A stretch of 64,000 nucleotides of DNA from Longimicrobiales bacterium (GTDB lineage Bacteria > Gemmatimonadota > Gemmatimonadetes > Longimicrobiales > Gaopeijiaceae), in the NCBI GenBank assembly GCA_965204735.1, contig OZ242008.1:4076499-4140498 (forward strand). Direction: 5' to 3'. Both the position numbers and the translations under genes were made by a program. The number at the start of each line of letters is the position of its first letter. The stretch's first letter is position 1. The notes beneath the pieces were generated by a model. The model had not been told where the DNA came from. It worked only from the letters and a program-made list of their open reading frames with translations, and ran no database searches. Below, piece by piece: positions 1-8,574 of the stretch.

Positions 1-1510
1 CGGTCCCGCCCATCTCGTCCACGATCTCGGCGATCGTCTGGTGCATGTGGACGGCTTGCCGCAGCTCGTGGTCCGACCACTTCCAGTGGAAGCGCAGCAC
101 CGGAATGCCGTAGCGGTCCACGCGGTCGGGGTCGATCTCGCACCAGCAATCCTCGTTGGGGATCATCTCCCCTCGTCCGTCGAAGAAGAGGAAGCTCCCG
201 TAGTAGCGTCGGCAATCCTCCTTGAAGCGTCGGCCGTAGCTCCCGCCGGTCAGGGGCTCGACGCCGGAGAAGGCTCCGAAGCCGGGCATCCGCCGCCCGC
301 CGCCGAACTCGACGTGGTACCCACGGGGGAAGTCCAGCCGGCCCGCCAGCTGCTCGCCGTAGAGCCACCAGGGCATGTACATGTGCATCGCCGACGCGCC
401 GTCTTCGTTGTGAGGAGGCAGTCCCTCCAGCGCCGGGACGTGAGCCTGGAGACCCGCGCCCACCGTGTCCATCACGTACTTGCCCACCAGCCCCGAGGAG
501 TTGGCGAGCCCGTCGGGGAAGAGCCCGCTGGACGAGTTGAGGAGGATGCGGGCCGACTCGCAGGCGCTCGCCGCCAGCACCACGACCCGCGCCCCGACGA
601 ACTCGTCGGTCAGGGTGGCCTTCTCCACGTAGTGCACGCCGGTGGCCCGGCCCCGACCGTCCACCGCCACTTTCCGCACCATGGCGCCGGTGCGCACCTC
701 CAGGTTGCCCGTGGCCAGGGCGGGAGGCAGCAGCACCGTGGTGGACTGGAAGTTGGCGCGGATCGAGCAGCCCCGCCCGCACGGGGTCGCCCAGTAGCAG
801 GCGGCCCGGCCCCGCATCGAGTCGGCCACGACCCTCCGCGCCAGCGCGTTGTCGGGAAAGAGCTCGGCCGGCAGCGCGTCGGCGTCCTGGGTGCGAGTCA
901 GGATCGCCAAGTGGGCGGGGACGACCGGGATCCCCAGCCGACGGCAGGCCTTGCGCGTCAGGAGCTCGTAGGCGCGGGGCTTCGGCGGCGGCTGGAGGAC
1001 GCCGGGAGAAGAGTCGGGCGTGTTCTCCAGTCCTTCGTTGGAGCCGTAGACGCCGATCAACGCCTCGGTTCTGTCGTAGTACGGCGCCAAGTCCTCGTAG
1101 GAGATGGGCCAGTCGAAGCCGAGTCCGTCGCGGCTCCGCGGCTTGAAGTCGTACTCGCCCATGCGAAGGGAGATGCGGCCCCAGTGGTTGGTCCGCCCCC
1201 CGAGCATCCGCGAGCGCCACCACATGAACTCGGAGCCGTCGGCCACCGAGTAGGGCTCGCCGGGGACCTGCCAGCCCCCGTCCACCGTGGCGTCGTAGAA
1301 CCCGAAGGGCTTCTCCGGCGTGCCGGCGCCGCGCAACGGAGCGTCCTTCGGAAGCTGGAACATGGGGGTCTCCCGAAGGGGGTCGTAATGACGGCCCGCC
1401 TCCAGCATGACGACCCGCAGACCGGAGGCAGCAAGAACGAACGCGGCCATTCCGCCGCCGGCGCCCGACCCGACGACGACGGCGTCGTAGCGTTCCTGCC
1501 GCCGCCTCAC
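1..1510 (-). CDS. GMC-family FAD-dependent oxidoreductase (3' end runs off the window)
   Basis: Absent from the ORF track because it is open at the edge. Manual minus-strand translation from GTG at 1510 gives MRRQERYDAVVVGSGAGGGMAAFVLAASGLRVVMLEAG (FAD-binding GxGxxG), and later RARMLGGRTNHWGR. Confidence 0.85.
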   Translation of the reverse strand, partial: MRRRQERYDAVVVGSGAGGGMAAFVLAASGLRVVMLEAGRHYDPLRETPMFQLPKDAPLRGAGTPEKPFGFYDATVDGGWQVPGEPYSVADGSEFMWWRSRMLGGRTNHWGRISLRMGEYDFKPRSRDGLGFDWPISYEDLAPYYDRTEALIGVYGSNEGLENTPDSSPGVLQPPPKPRAYELLTRKACRRLGIPVVPAHLAILTRTQDADALPAELFPDNALARRVVADSMRGRAACYWATPCGRGCSIRANFQSTTVLLPPALATGNLEVRTGAMVRKVAVDGRGRATGVHYVEKATLTDEFVGARVVVLAASACESARILLNSSSGLFPDGLANSSGLVGKYVMDTVGAGLQAHVPALEGLPPHNEDGASAMHMYMPWWLYGEQLAGRLDFPRGYHVEFGGGRRMPGFGAFSGVEPLTGGSYGRRFKEDCRRYYGSFLFFDGRGEMIPNEDCWCEIDPDRVDRYGIPVLRFHWKWSDHELRQAVHMHQTIAEIVDEMGGT

Positions 1511-1516
1511 GCGCTT

Positions 1517-2428
1517 CTAGCCGCCCCCGTCGTCGCCCGGCGGGGCAGGCGCCACCCGGTCGGCCCGGTAGGTGGGCACCTCGAAGACGTATGGGCTGGT
1601 GGGAGCGGCGGCCCGGAAGGCGCCCTCGTGCTCCATCAGGAAGAGAGACGCCACCTCGGCGCCGTCCGCGTCCACGGCCCGCACGCTGCGGTCGGCGCTC
1701 CCGTCGCCCGGCGGCTCCGCGTCTTCCGGCGCGAACCCCGTCGCCCGCAGGCCCGACAGCTCCTGCAGGATGTTGCGCACGGTGGTGGCGTCGGCCTCGT
1801 CGCCGCCCACCGTCCAGGTCGAGTCCTGGCCTTGGCGCTCGTACAGCGTCTCGACGCCGTCCCTGGTCACCCGGATGCCGACGACGACGGCGGTGTCGGC
1901 CCGGATCACGATCTTGTTCCGCCAATCCAGCAGGGAGCGCGTCGCCGCGGAGCGCAAGTCGCCGCGGATCAGGCTCGCCACGTCCTCGCCGGGGAGCCGC
2001 GCGTAGAAGGTGCGAAAGCGGGTGCCGGCCTTCCCCAGCAGCACCCGGAAGTCGTCGCCCACCTGGAGCGTCCAGGCGCTGTCCGCCTCCAGCCCCAGCC
2101 GCCGATGAGTCGCCGGGTTGGCGGCTGCCACCGAAGCGACTTCCACCTCGTCCAGCGCCCGCATCAGCCGCTCGACCGCTCCCGAGTCGGCCTCGAAGCC
2201 GTTGACCGTCCACTCGGTCCCTTCCCGGACGAGGCGGATCGTGTCCTGGGGACCGGCGACCTCCACGTCCGACACCAGCACCGGGTCGATCCCATCCAGT
2301 GCCGCCGCCAGGCCCGGGTCGCCGCCGGACGCGCCGCCGCCCCTGCCGCCCAGCACGACGGACAGCCCGTAGAGGACCGCCACCGACGCCAGGAAGTACA
2401 GAGACATCCTCAAGGTCTTCTCGCTCAC
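1517..2428 (-). CDS. DUF4340-like membrane-anchored protein (Gld-type ABC operon)
   Basis: N-terminal hydrophobic segment (VSEKTLRMSLYFLASVAVLYGL). The GTG start overlaps the upstream stop (GTGA). Usual position after GldG. Confidence 0.7.
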   Translation of the reverse strand: MSEKTLRMSLYFLASVAVLYGLSVVLGGRGGGASGGDPGLAAALDGIDPVLVSDVEVAGPQDTIRLVREGTEWTVNGFEADSGAVERLMRALDEVEVASVAAANPATHRRLGLEADSAWTLQVGDDFRVLLGKAGTRFRTFYARLPGEDVASLIRGDLRSAATRSLLDWRNKIVIRADTAVVVGIRVTRDGVETLYERQGQDSTWTVGGDEADATTVRNILQELSGLRATGFAPEDAEPPGDGSADRSVRAVDADGAEVASLFLMEHEGAFRAAAPTSPYVFEVPTYRADRVAPAPPGDDGGG

Positions 2429-4713
2429 GACTCGCCTCCTTCCCGCCACCGACGCTCCGCCCGCGCGCCTCGTCCGGTCACGCGAACGAAGCCGAAGACG
2501 ACGAATGCAAGGGGCACGCCCAGGAGCGAGCCCCACTTCAGGACGCCTTGGCCCAGCTCGGATTGGAAGACCAGGGCCGGAGGCTGCCGGTTCTTGGACC
2601 GGATCCCGATCAGGGCCTCGTCCTGAGCCAGCCAGTCCACCGCGTTGGCGGCGAAGGCCAAGTTCTGGGGGCTCGACTGGGCAAAGTGGTCCTCCATGAA
2701 CTGAGCGTCGCCCACGGCCACGATCCGTCCACCGGGCCTGGGGGCGTCTTCCCCCTCGTCGCCGCCTTCGCCCTCGGCGTCCGCGTTCTCTTCTTCGGCC
2801 AAGCCCGGGTCCACGGCCACCGCCAGGACCTGCACGCCCAGCTCCTCCTCCGTGAAGGGTATCTGAACGCTGGGGTCGATCATCCCTCCGCCAGGGCGCG
2901 CTCCTCCCGCCTCGGTCGTCGTCCACAGGGCGGCGATCGTCGGGTCGTCCTCCTCCCACCGGAAGGGGGCGGCCCACCCCAGCGTCAGGTTCTCAAGGTT
3001 TCGGTTGGTGGCGTGGGGCTCGCCGCGGAACGAGATCGGCCAGAGAGGATATGGCCGGATCACGCTGAACGGTCCCTGCCGTCCCACGGACACGGACTGG
3101 GCCGAGCGCAGGTCGAAGACCATCTGCGACGTGAGCTCGACTCCCCGCGCCGACAGGAGGTCCTCCATGCCCGTCGTCACCGGCACGGCCATCGGACCCT
3201 GCTGCGGGTCGATCGCGTGGCGGTCCAGGAGCATGAACGCCGCTCCCCCCGCGTCCAGGTACTCGCCCACTGCCGCCCCCGCCTCGTCGGAGACCGGCTC
3301 GCTCGGCGCCGCCACCACCAGCACGTCGATCGTGTCCGGCCGCAGGACTCCAGCCGAGTCGTTCTCCACGTCGATCGACGTGACGTGGTACCGGTCCGCG
3401 ACGGCTTGGCGGAACGATCGGAAGTGGAACGACTCCTTGGCGCCGAAGCCCGACATGAACGCCACCGTCGGCGTCCGCTCCGTGGTCATCGCCGCAACCG
3501 CCGACACGAGACGGAACTCCAGGTCGTCGGCCCGGTCCACGACGGGGATCACCTCCTGCTCGTCGGCGTAGGTTACCGCCAGCCCGAAGTACCCCCGCTT
3601 GACCTGCAGCTCGTCGTCTCGAATGACGTTGAACTCGATCGGCACGATCCCCAGCGACGTGGCTTCCTCGCCTGCCGCCTCGTCGTCGTCGGGGTTGATC
3701 TCCTCGGCAGCCAGCATCCCGTTGGACGCGTTGTCCAGGTCCGCCACCAAGTCCCGCACGTCTCGCAGGATGAGCTGGATCTCCGGCGGCAGGTCGTTGC
3801 TGACGAAGAGCTTGAGGTTCACCACGTCGTCCAGGGAGCCCATGATCTGCCGGCTGCCGTCGGAGAGGGTGAAGAGGTTGTCTCGGGTCAGGTCCAGCCG
3901 GCCGCGGACGTGGCTCCCCAGAAGGTTCAGGATCAGCACGGCCGCCGTGATCGCCGCCGTGCCCAGCCGCAGCCGCCGGAAGGCGTCGCCCTTGCGGCTC
4001 AGCCGCTCCCGGCCCAGGGCCGCCAAGGCCAGGAGAAGGAAGAGGCCGCAGGTGGAGGCGAAGTAGAGCAGGTCCCGCAGGTCCACCACGCCCCGGGCCA
4101 CGTTCTCGAAGTGGCTGATCACCGACAGCTGAACTGCCCACCCGCCGATCAGTCGCGGCAGGCCGATCTGGACGATGGGCGTGCCGATGAGCACCAGCAC
4201 GAAGCAGGTGAACGCCCCGAAGATGAAGGCGGTGATCTGGTTGCGGGTCATCGACGACGCCCATATCCCCACGGCGGTCATCTGGGCCGCCAGCAGCAGG
4301 GCGCCGGCGTACTGGGCCGCCATGATCCCGGGGTCGGCCTCGGAGGCCAGGAGAACCCCAATCGCCATGGGAAGGGTCCCGGCCAGGGTGATCGCCACGA
4401 AAGCCAAGTTGCCCAGGAACTTGCCCAGGACGATCTCGACCTCGGTCAGGGGCTGGGCGACCAGCCACTCCAGCGTGCGGCTGCGGCGCTCCTCCGCCAG
4501 GCTCTTCATCGCCACGGCGGGCACGAACACCACGTACAGCCACGGCAGGAGGTCGAAGAAGGGCCGAAGGGTGGCCGCGCTCATGGCGAAGAGCGACCGG
4601 AACGAGATGTAGAGGCCGAGACCCAGGAAGGCGACGGCCAGGACGTAGGCGGTCGGCTGGTCGAAGAAGCTCCGCACCTCCCGCCGAGCCACGAGAAGGG
4701 TCTGCTTGATCAC
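2425..4713 (-). CDS. ABC transporter permease fused to GldG-type periplasmic domain (GldF+GldG-like)
   Basis: ABC-2 TM region (RREVRSFF, AEERRSRTLEWL), then RLDLTRDNLFTLS and NLAFAANAVDWL. The start overlaps the ATPase stop. Confidence 0.85.
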   Translation of the reverse strand: MIKQTLLVARREVRSFFDQPTAYVLAVAFLGLGLYISFRSLFAMSAATLRPFFDLLPWLYVVFVPAVAMKSLAEERRSRTLEWLVAQPLTEVEIVLGKFLGNLAFVAITLAGTLPMAIGVLLASEADPGIMAAQYAGALLLAAQMTAVGIWASSMTRNQITAFIFGAFTCFVLVLIGTPIVQIGLPRLIGGWAVQLSVISHFENVARGVVDLRDLLYFASTCGLFLLLALAALGRERLSRKGDAFRRLRLGTAAITAAVLILNLLGSHVRGRLDLTRDNLFTLSDGSRQIMGSLDDVVNLKLFVSNDLPPEIQLILRDVRDLVADLDNASNGMLAAEEINPDDDEAAGEEATSLGIVPIEFNVIRDDELQVKRGYFGLAVTYADEQEVIPVVDRADDLEFRLVSAVAAMTTERTPTVAFMSGFGAKESFHFRSFRQAVADRYHVTSIDVENDSAGVLRPDTIDVLVVAAPSEPVSDEAGAAVGEYLDAGGAAFMLLDRHAIDPQQGPMAVPVTTGMEDLLSARGVELTSQMVFDLRSAQSVSVGRQGPFSVIRPYPLWPISFRGEPHATNRNLENLTLGWAAPFRWEEDDPTIAALWTTTEAGGARPGGGMIDPSVQIPFTEEELGVQVLAVAVDPGLAEEENADAEGEGGDEGEDAPRPGGRIVAVGDAQFMEDHFAQSSPQNLAFAANAVDWLAQDEALIGIRSKNRQPPALVFQSELGQGVLKWGSLLGVPLAFVVFGFVRVTGRGARAERRWREGGES

Positions 4714-5783
4714 GATCCGCCCTCCTCTCGGCTGCCGGCCGAGGCCGTCGAGTGCGTGGAGGCGCCCGAGCCGGCCGAGGCCGCCGTCGCGGGAGCCGCC
4801 GTCGAGCCCGACTCCGCTGGGGCCCCGGACGTGGCGGGAGCGCCCGAAGTCGCGGGAGCCTGCGGAGCCGTGGTCAGGTCGCGGAAGAGCTGCTCCAGGT
4901 TGGCCTTCTCGCGGCGCAGCTCCCAGAGCACCCACCCTCTGGCCGACGCCAGCTTGAAGATCTCGGGGCGAAGCTCGCGGTCGGCGGGGGCTTCCAGGCG
5001 CACTCGCAGCCGACCGTTCACGGCCTCGGCGGAGTGGCCCGCAACCCCCGGCAGTCCCCGCAGTCCCTCCGCCACGCCGTCGCCCTCGGCCTCCACCACG
5101 TAGCGCGCGCCGCCCTTGCCCGCGTCCAGGAGCTCGGCCACGGTTCCGTCGGCGGCGATTGCGCCGTTGGCGATCACCAGAAGGCGGTCGCAGGTGGCTT
5201 CCACCTCCTGCATGACGTGAGTGCTGAGGATGACGGTGCGCTCGCTGCCCAGCGAACTCACCAGCTTCCGGATCTCGACGCGCTGGTTGGGGTCGAGCCC
5301 CTCGGTCGGCTCGTCCAGGACCAGGATCTCGGGCTGGTGGAGGATCGCCCCCGCCATGCCGGTCCGCTGTCGGTAGCCCTTCGAGAGCTCGCTGACGGGC
5401 CGGAAGAACACGTCCTCCAGTCCCGTTTCCTCCACCGCGGCGCCGATCCCCGCCCGGGACCCGGCCTCGTCCATGCCCCGGAGGCGCGCCACGAACTCCA
5501 GGAACTCGCAGACGAGCATCTCGTCGTAGAGCGGGTTCGCCTCGGGGAGGTACCCGATCCGGGCCTTCGCCGCGATCAGGTCGTCCGAGATCGGTTCGCC
5601 GTCGAAGCGGATCGTGCCTTCGTCGGGCTGGAGCGTGCCCGTCAGCATCCGCATGGTGGTCGTCTTGCCCGCCCCGTTGGGCCCGAGAAAGCCGACGACC
5701 TCGCCCCGGCTCACCTCGAAGCTGGCCTTGTCGACGGCCACGATCGAGTCGTAGCGCTTGGTCACGCCTTCGACCGAGATCAT
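4710..5783 (-). CDS. ABC transporter ATP-binding protein (GldA-like)
   Basis: Walker A GPNGAGKTT, signature LSKGYRQR, Walker B LVLDEP. ATG preceded by AGGAG/GGGG. Confidence 0.92.
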   Translation of the reverse strand: MISVEGVTKRYDSIVAVDKASFEVSRGEVVGFLGPNGAGKTTTMRMLTGTLQPDEGTIRFDGEPISDDLIAAKARIGYLPEANPLYDEMLVCEFLEFVARLRGMDEAGSRAGIGAAVEETGLEDVFFRPVSELSKGYRQRTGMAGAILHQPEILVLDEPTEGLDPNQRVEIRKLVSSLGSERTVILSTHVMQEVEATCDRLLVIANGAIAADGTVAELLDAGKGGARYVVEAEGDGVAEGLRGLPGVAGHSAEAVNGRLRVRLEAPADRELRPEIFKLASARGWVLWELRREKANLEQLFRDLTTAPQAPATSGAPATSGAPAESGSTAAPATAASAGSGASTHSTASAGSREEGGS

Positions 5784-6278
5784 ACGTTCCCCTGTTCTCC
5801 TTTCCTGTACCGGCTGTCCCTGTCGTAGGCGCCCCCGAAACGAGGGCGCTCCTGCCAAGACAATGAAACTAATGAACGGAACAAGCTGTCCAGTGGTCAA
5901 GCGGTGTTCCGGGGCCCCACGGACGGAATCCCTGCCCGGCTTCGGCGGCTCGGACGCGGGCGAGCCAGATGGGCGGCGGCGGAGCCCTGGGCCCGAGTCC
6001 ACAAATAGGCGCCGGCAGTCCCGACGGTGAAGTGCTCGTCCAAGATCAGGACCCTGCGCCCTCCAGGACTCGGCTTGCCACCGCCTCCCAGTCGTACGCC
6101 CCAAGTGGCGTCGCGTCCTCTTCGTTCCACCGCGCCTGCCGGTGCCAGTCGGCCCTTGGCCAGAGCCTCGTCACCGTCCGGTCTCGCTCCCCCAGGCTCG
6201 CCTCCATCGCTCCGATGGGGCCCCGAGTAGACACCCAGCACGTTCCATGGTTACCTTGTCGTCCAAGCCTTCCGCTGG

Positions 6279-8330
6279 ATGTCCCTTCTGAACACACTCG
6301 CCGCGATGTCGGCCAAGGAACGACAGCCTGTCGAAACCCTCAATGAGAACCAGCGGAAGGCCGTATCGTGGAACGATGGTCCGCTTCTGGTGCTGGCAGG
6401 GCCGGGCTCCGGCAAGACGCGAGTGCTGACCTGTCGTGTTGCCCGAATACTCGAGGACGATGACGAGTCGTCCGTGCTTGCGCTGACCTTTACAAACAAA
6501 GCCGCGGCGGAAATGCGGAACCGGGTCGAACGGCTTCTCGGTCAGCAGGCAAGTCGTGCTCGTCTGTGCACCTTCCATTCGTTCGCCGCCGACATCCTTC
6601 GCCAGCATGGCAGCCACCTAGGGCTGCGCCCCGACTTCAGCCTGCTCGTTCAGGACGAGGACCGCATAGCCATCCTTGAAGACGTGGCGGCTGACTTGTC
6701 CGGCAACGGCGACCACTTGCCATCGGATCGACGGAACCTCCTCCGTTTCGTCGACCGCCTGTTCGCCGAATCCTACGACGGCGGAGAAATGGCGGCCTCG
6801 CTAGTCCGTTCCCCAACATGGGCGCCCCCACTGTATCGGGGCTACCGCCAAGCTCTCGTTTCCGAAAACCGCCTCGACTTCGGCAGCTTGTTGCACTTTG
6901 CCTGTCGCCTATTGAGGGAGAAGCCGGGGGTTGCCCGCTTGGTGCGGTTGGGCTGGACCCACGTATGCGTCGACGAATTTCAGGACACCAACAAGGCACA
7001 GTACGACCTTCTTCGGTTGATTGCGCCCCGTAAGATGCACAATCTGTTCGTGGTTGCAGACGACGATCAGGTCATCTACCAGTGGAACGGCGCAAGTCCC
7101 GAACGACTCGCACATTTGCGGCGCGACTACAGCATGCGTGTCGTTCAGCTCCCGGAGTGCTATCGCTGTCCGCCATCCATCGTCGCAGTCGCCAACCGCC
7201 TAATCGCCTACAACGTCGAAAGGATGTCGAGCAAGCTGTCCCTGACGGCTTCGGCCAGCATGGAGGACCGCTGCGATGGTGGCATCCGATGTGGGGCGTT
7301 CGAATCACCGGAAGCAGAGGCGGCATTCATTCCAAGAGACATCCGAAGCAGAGGGCTCGCCGCCGCCGAATGTGTCGTGTTGGGGCGTTCTGTAAAGTTG
7401 CTGTCGGACGTCGTCGTTGGTTTGACCAACGAAAGAACCGAAGCCGTCCTGATGCGGCGAAAGGACGATTTCGAGTCGCCTGTGATTCGCGTGTTGGTCG
7501 AGGCGTTGCGCTTGACGAATGCCAGACATGACCGCGAAGTACTGCGGAGACTTTGCGTGGCATGGACGGAGCTGTCCGACCGTGCCCTCGAGTCAGACGC
7601 TGTAGCAGCCGCAGCCGCGCTCTCGGGTGGAGATTTCTTGCGCGCATGGGCGGACGCGGCCTCAGCCTCGGCGACCTTATCCGCCCCTTCCATGGCGATG
7701 GTGGCCCGGATTCGCTCGGAGCTTGTGGATGCTCTGGCGTTTCGTGACATTATCGACTGGTTTCTCGACGAAGGTTGGCGAACTTGGAACGGCAGTGACG
7801 GCCGGGGTGACACGATTGATCAGGAGGCCAATGAGGATCGGGGCGTCGCCGACGAAATGGAAGCGTGGAGGGAGTTGCACGAAGACATGATCCAGGAGTA
7901 CGGTGCACGCAAGCTGACTCTGAACGTCTACCTCCAACAGATGGACTTGATGTCCAAGCTGCCCCCTCAGAAACCGGACGCAGTGCGCTGCATGACCGTG
8001 CATGGCTCGAAGGGACTGGAGTTCAAGCATGTCTACCTGATGGGCATGGCGCAGGAAGTGTTTCCGTCGTTTCAGGCGTTGCGCAACGGATCCCAGAGTC
8101 GGGAAGTGGAGGAGGAGCGCCGGAATTGTTTTGTGGCCATCACTCGCACGGAAGAGACGTTGACCCTTACTCGGTCAAGGATGTACTACGGATACCCGAA
8201 GGAACCATCGCAGTTTCTTGAGGAGATGGGAGTACGCGAACTGCCGCTGGCGGATGTTCGCGGGGGTGACCACAGGCGCCGTTGGTCTCACGAACCGCCG
8301 ATTCCGAGCGACCCGTGCGTCCGCCGATGA
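6279..8330 (+). CDS. UvrD/Rep/PcrA-family SF1 DNA helicase
   Basis: Motifs AGPGSGKT, TFTNKAA, TFHSF, VDEFQD, DDDQ, MTVHGSKGLEF, EEERR, VAITR. Confidence 0.92.
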   Translation: MSLLNTLAAMSAKERQPVETLNENQRKAVSWNDGPLLVLAGPGSGKTRVLTCRVARILEDDDESSVLALTFTNKAAAEMRNRVERLLGQQASRARLCTFHSFAADILRQHGSHLGLRPDFSLLVQDEDRIAILEDVAADLSGNGDHLPSDRRNLLRFVDRLFAESYDGGEMAASLVRSPTWAPPLYRGYRQALVSENRLDFGSLLHFACRLLREKPGVARLVRLGWTHVCVDEFQDTNKAQYDLLRLIAPRKMHNLFVVADDDQVIYQWNGASPERLAHLRRDYSMRVVQLPECYRCPPSIVAVANRLIAYNVERMSSKLSLTASASMEDRCDGGIRCGAFESPEAEAAFIPRDIRSRGLAAAECVVLGRSVKLLSDVVVGLTNERTEAVLMRRKDDFESPVIRVLVEALRLTNARHDREVLRRLCVAWTELSDRALESDAVAAAAALSGGDFLRAWADAASASATLSAPSMAMVARIRSELVDALAFRDIIDWFLDEGWRTWNGSDGRGDTIDQEANEDRGVADEMEAWRELHEDMIQEYGARKLTLNVYLQQMDLMSKLPPQKPDAVRCMTVHGSKGLEFKHVYLMGMAQEVFPSFQALRNGSQSREVEEERRNCFVAITRTEETLTLTRSRMYYGYPKEPSQFLEEMGVRELPLADVRGGDHRRRWSHEPPIPSDPCVRR

Positions 8331-8574
8331 CGGCCGGCTTGCCCCGCCTCGTGGGCGGGCTGATCTTACTGGCGAGGGGCTCCGGCCCCGACCGCCGCCC
8401 ATTCCTTCTTCCGCCGGGCTCGGCCCCACCGGGACGGACCCGGCGTTGACCGCTTCGTTACGGGGTCGTCGCCGGAGGGCGCTTCCGGCCCTGCTATCGT
8501 GCGGTGCTCAAGCCATCCATCCCAGGGGGCTCCGGCCCCTTCCGAGACGCAAGCAAAGAGGAGGAACACAGGGA

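Noticed and set aside
41..5103. Long plus-strand ORFs (41-2626, 2299-5103) and similar ones elsewhere (8626-11319, 15487-17175, 38769-40955, 49115-52483, 56866-59574)
   Set aside because: Antisense or off-frame shadows of well-supported genes, expected in high-GC DNA; Arg/Pro/Gly-rich with no motifs.
6279..8330. Gabija system
   Set aside because: No adjacent GajA/OLD nuclease; the ATPase-TOPRIM gene is 24 kb away.
8331..8574. Cobalamin or TPP riboswitch upstream of the TonB receptor
   Set aside because: Only a short GC hairpin is visible; no B12-box or TPP consensus found by eye.
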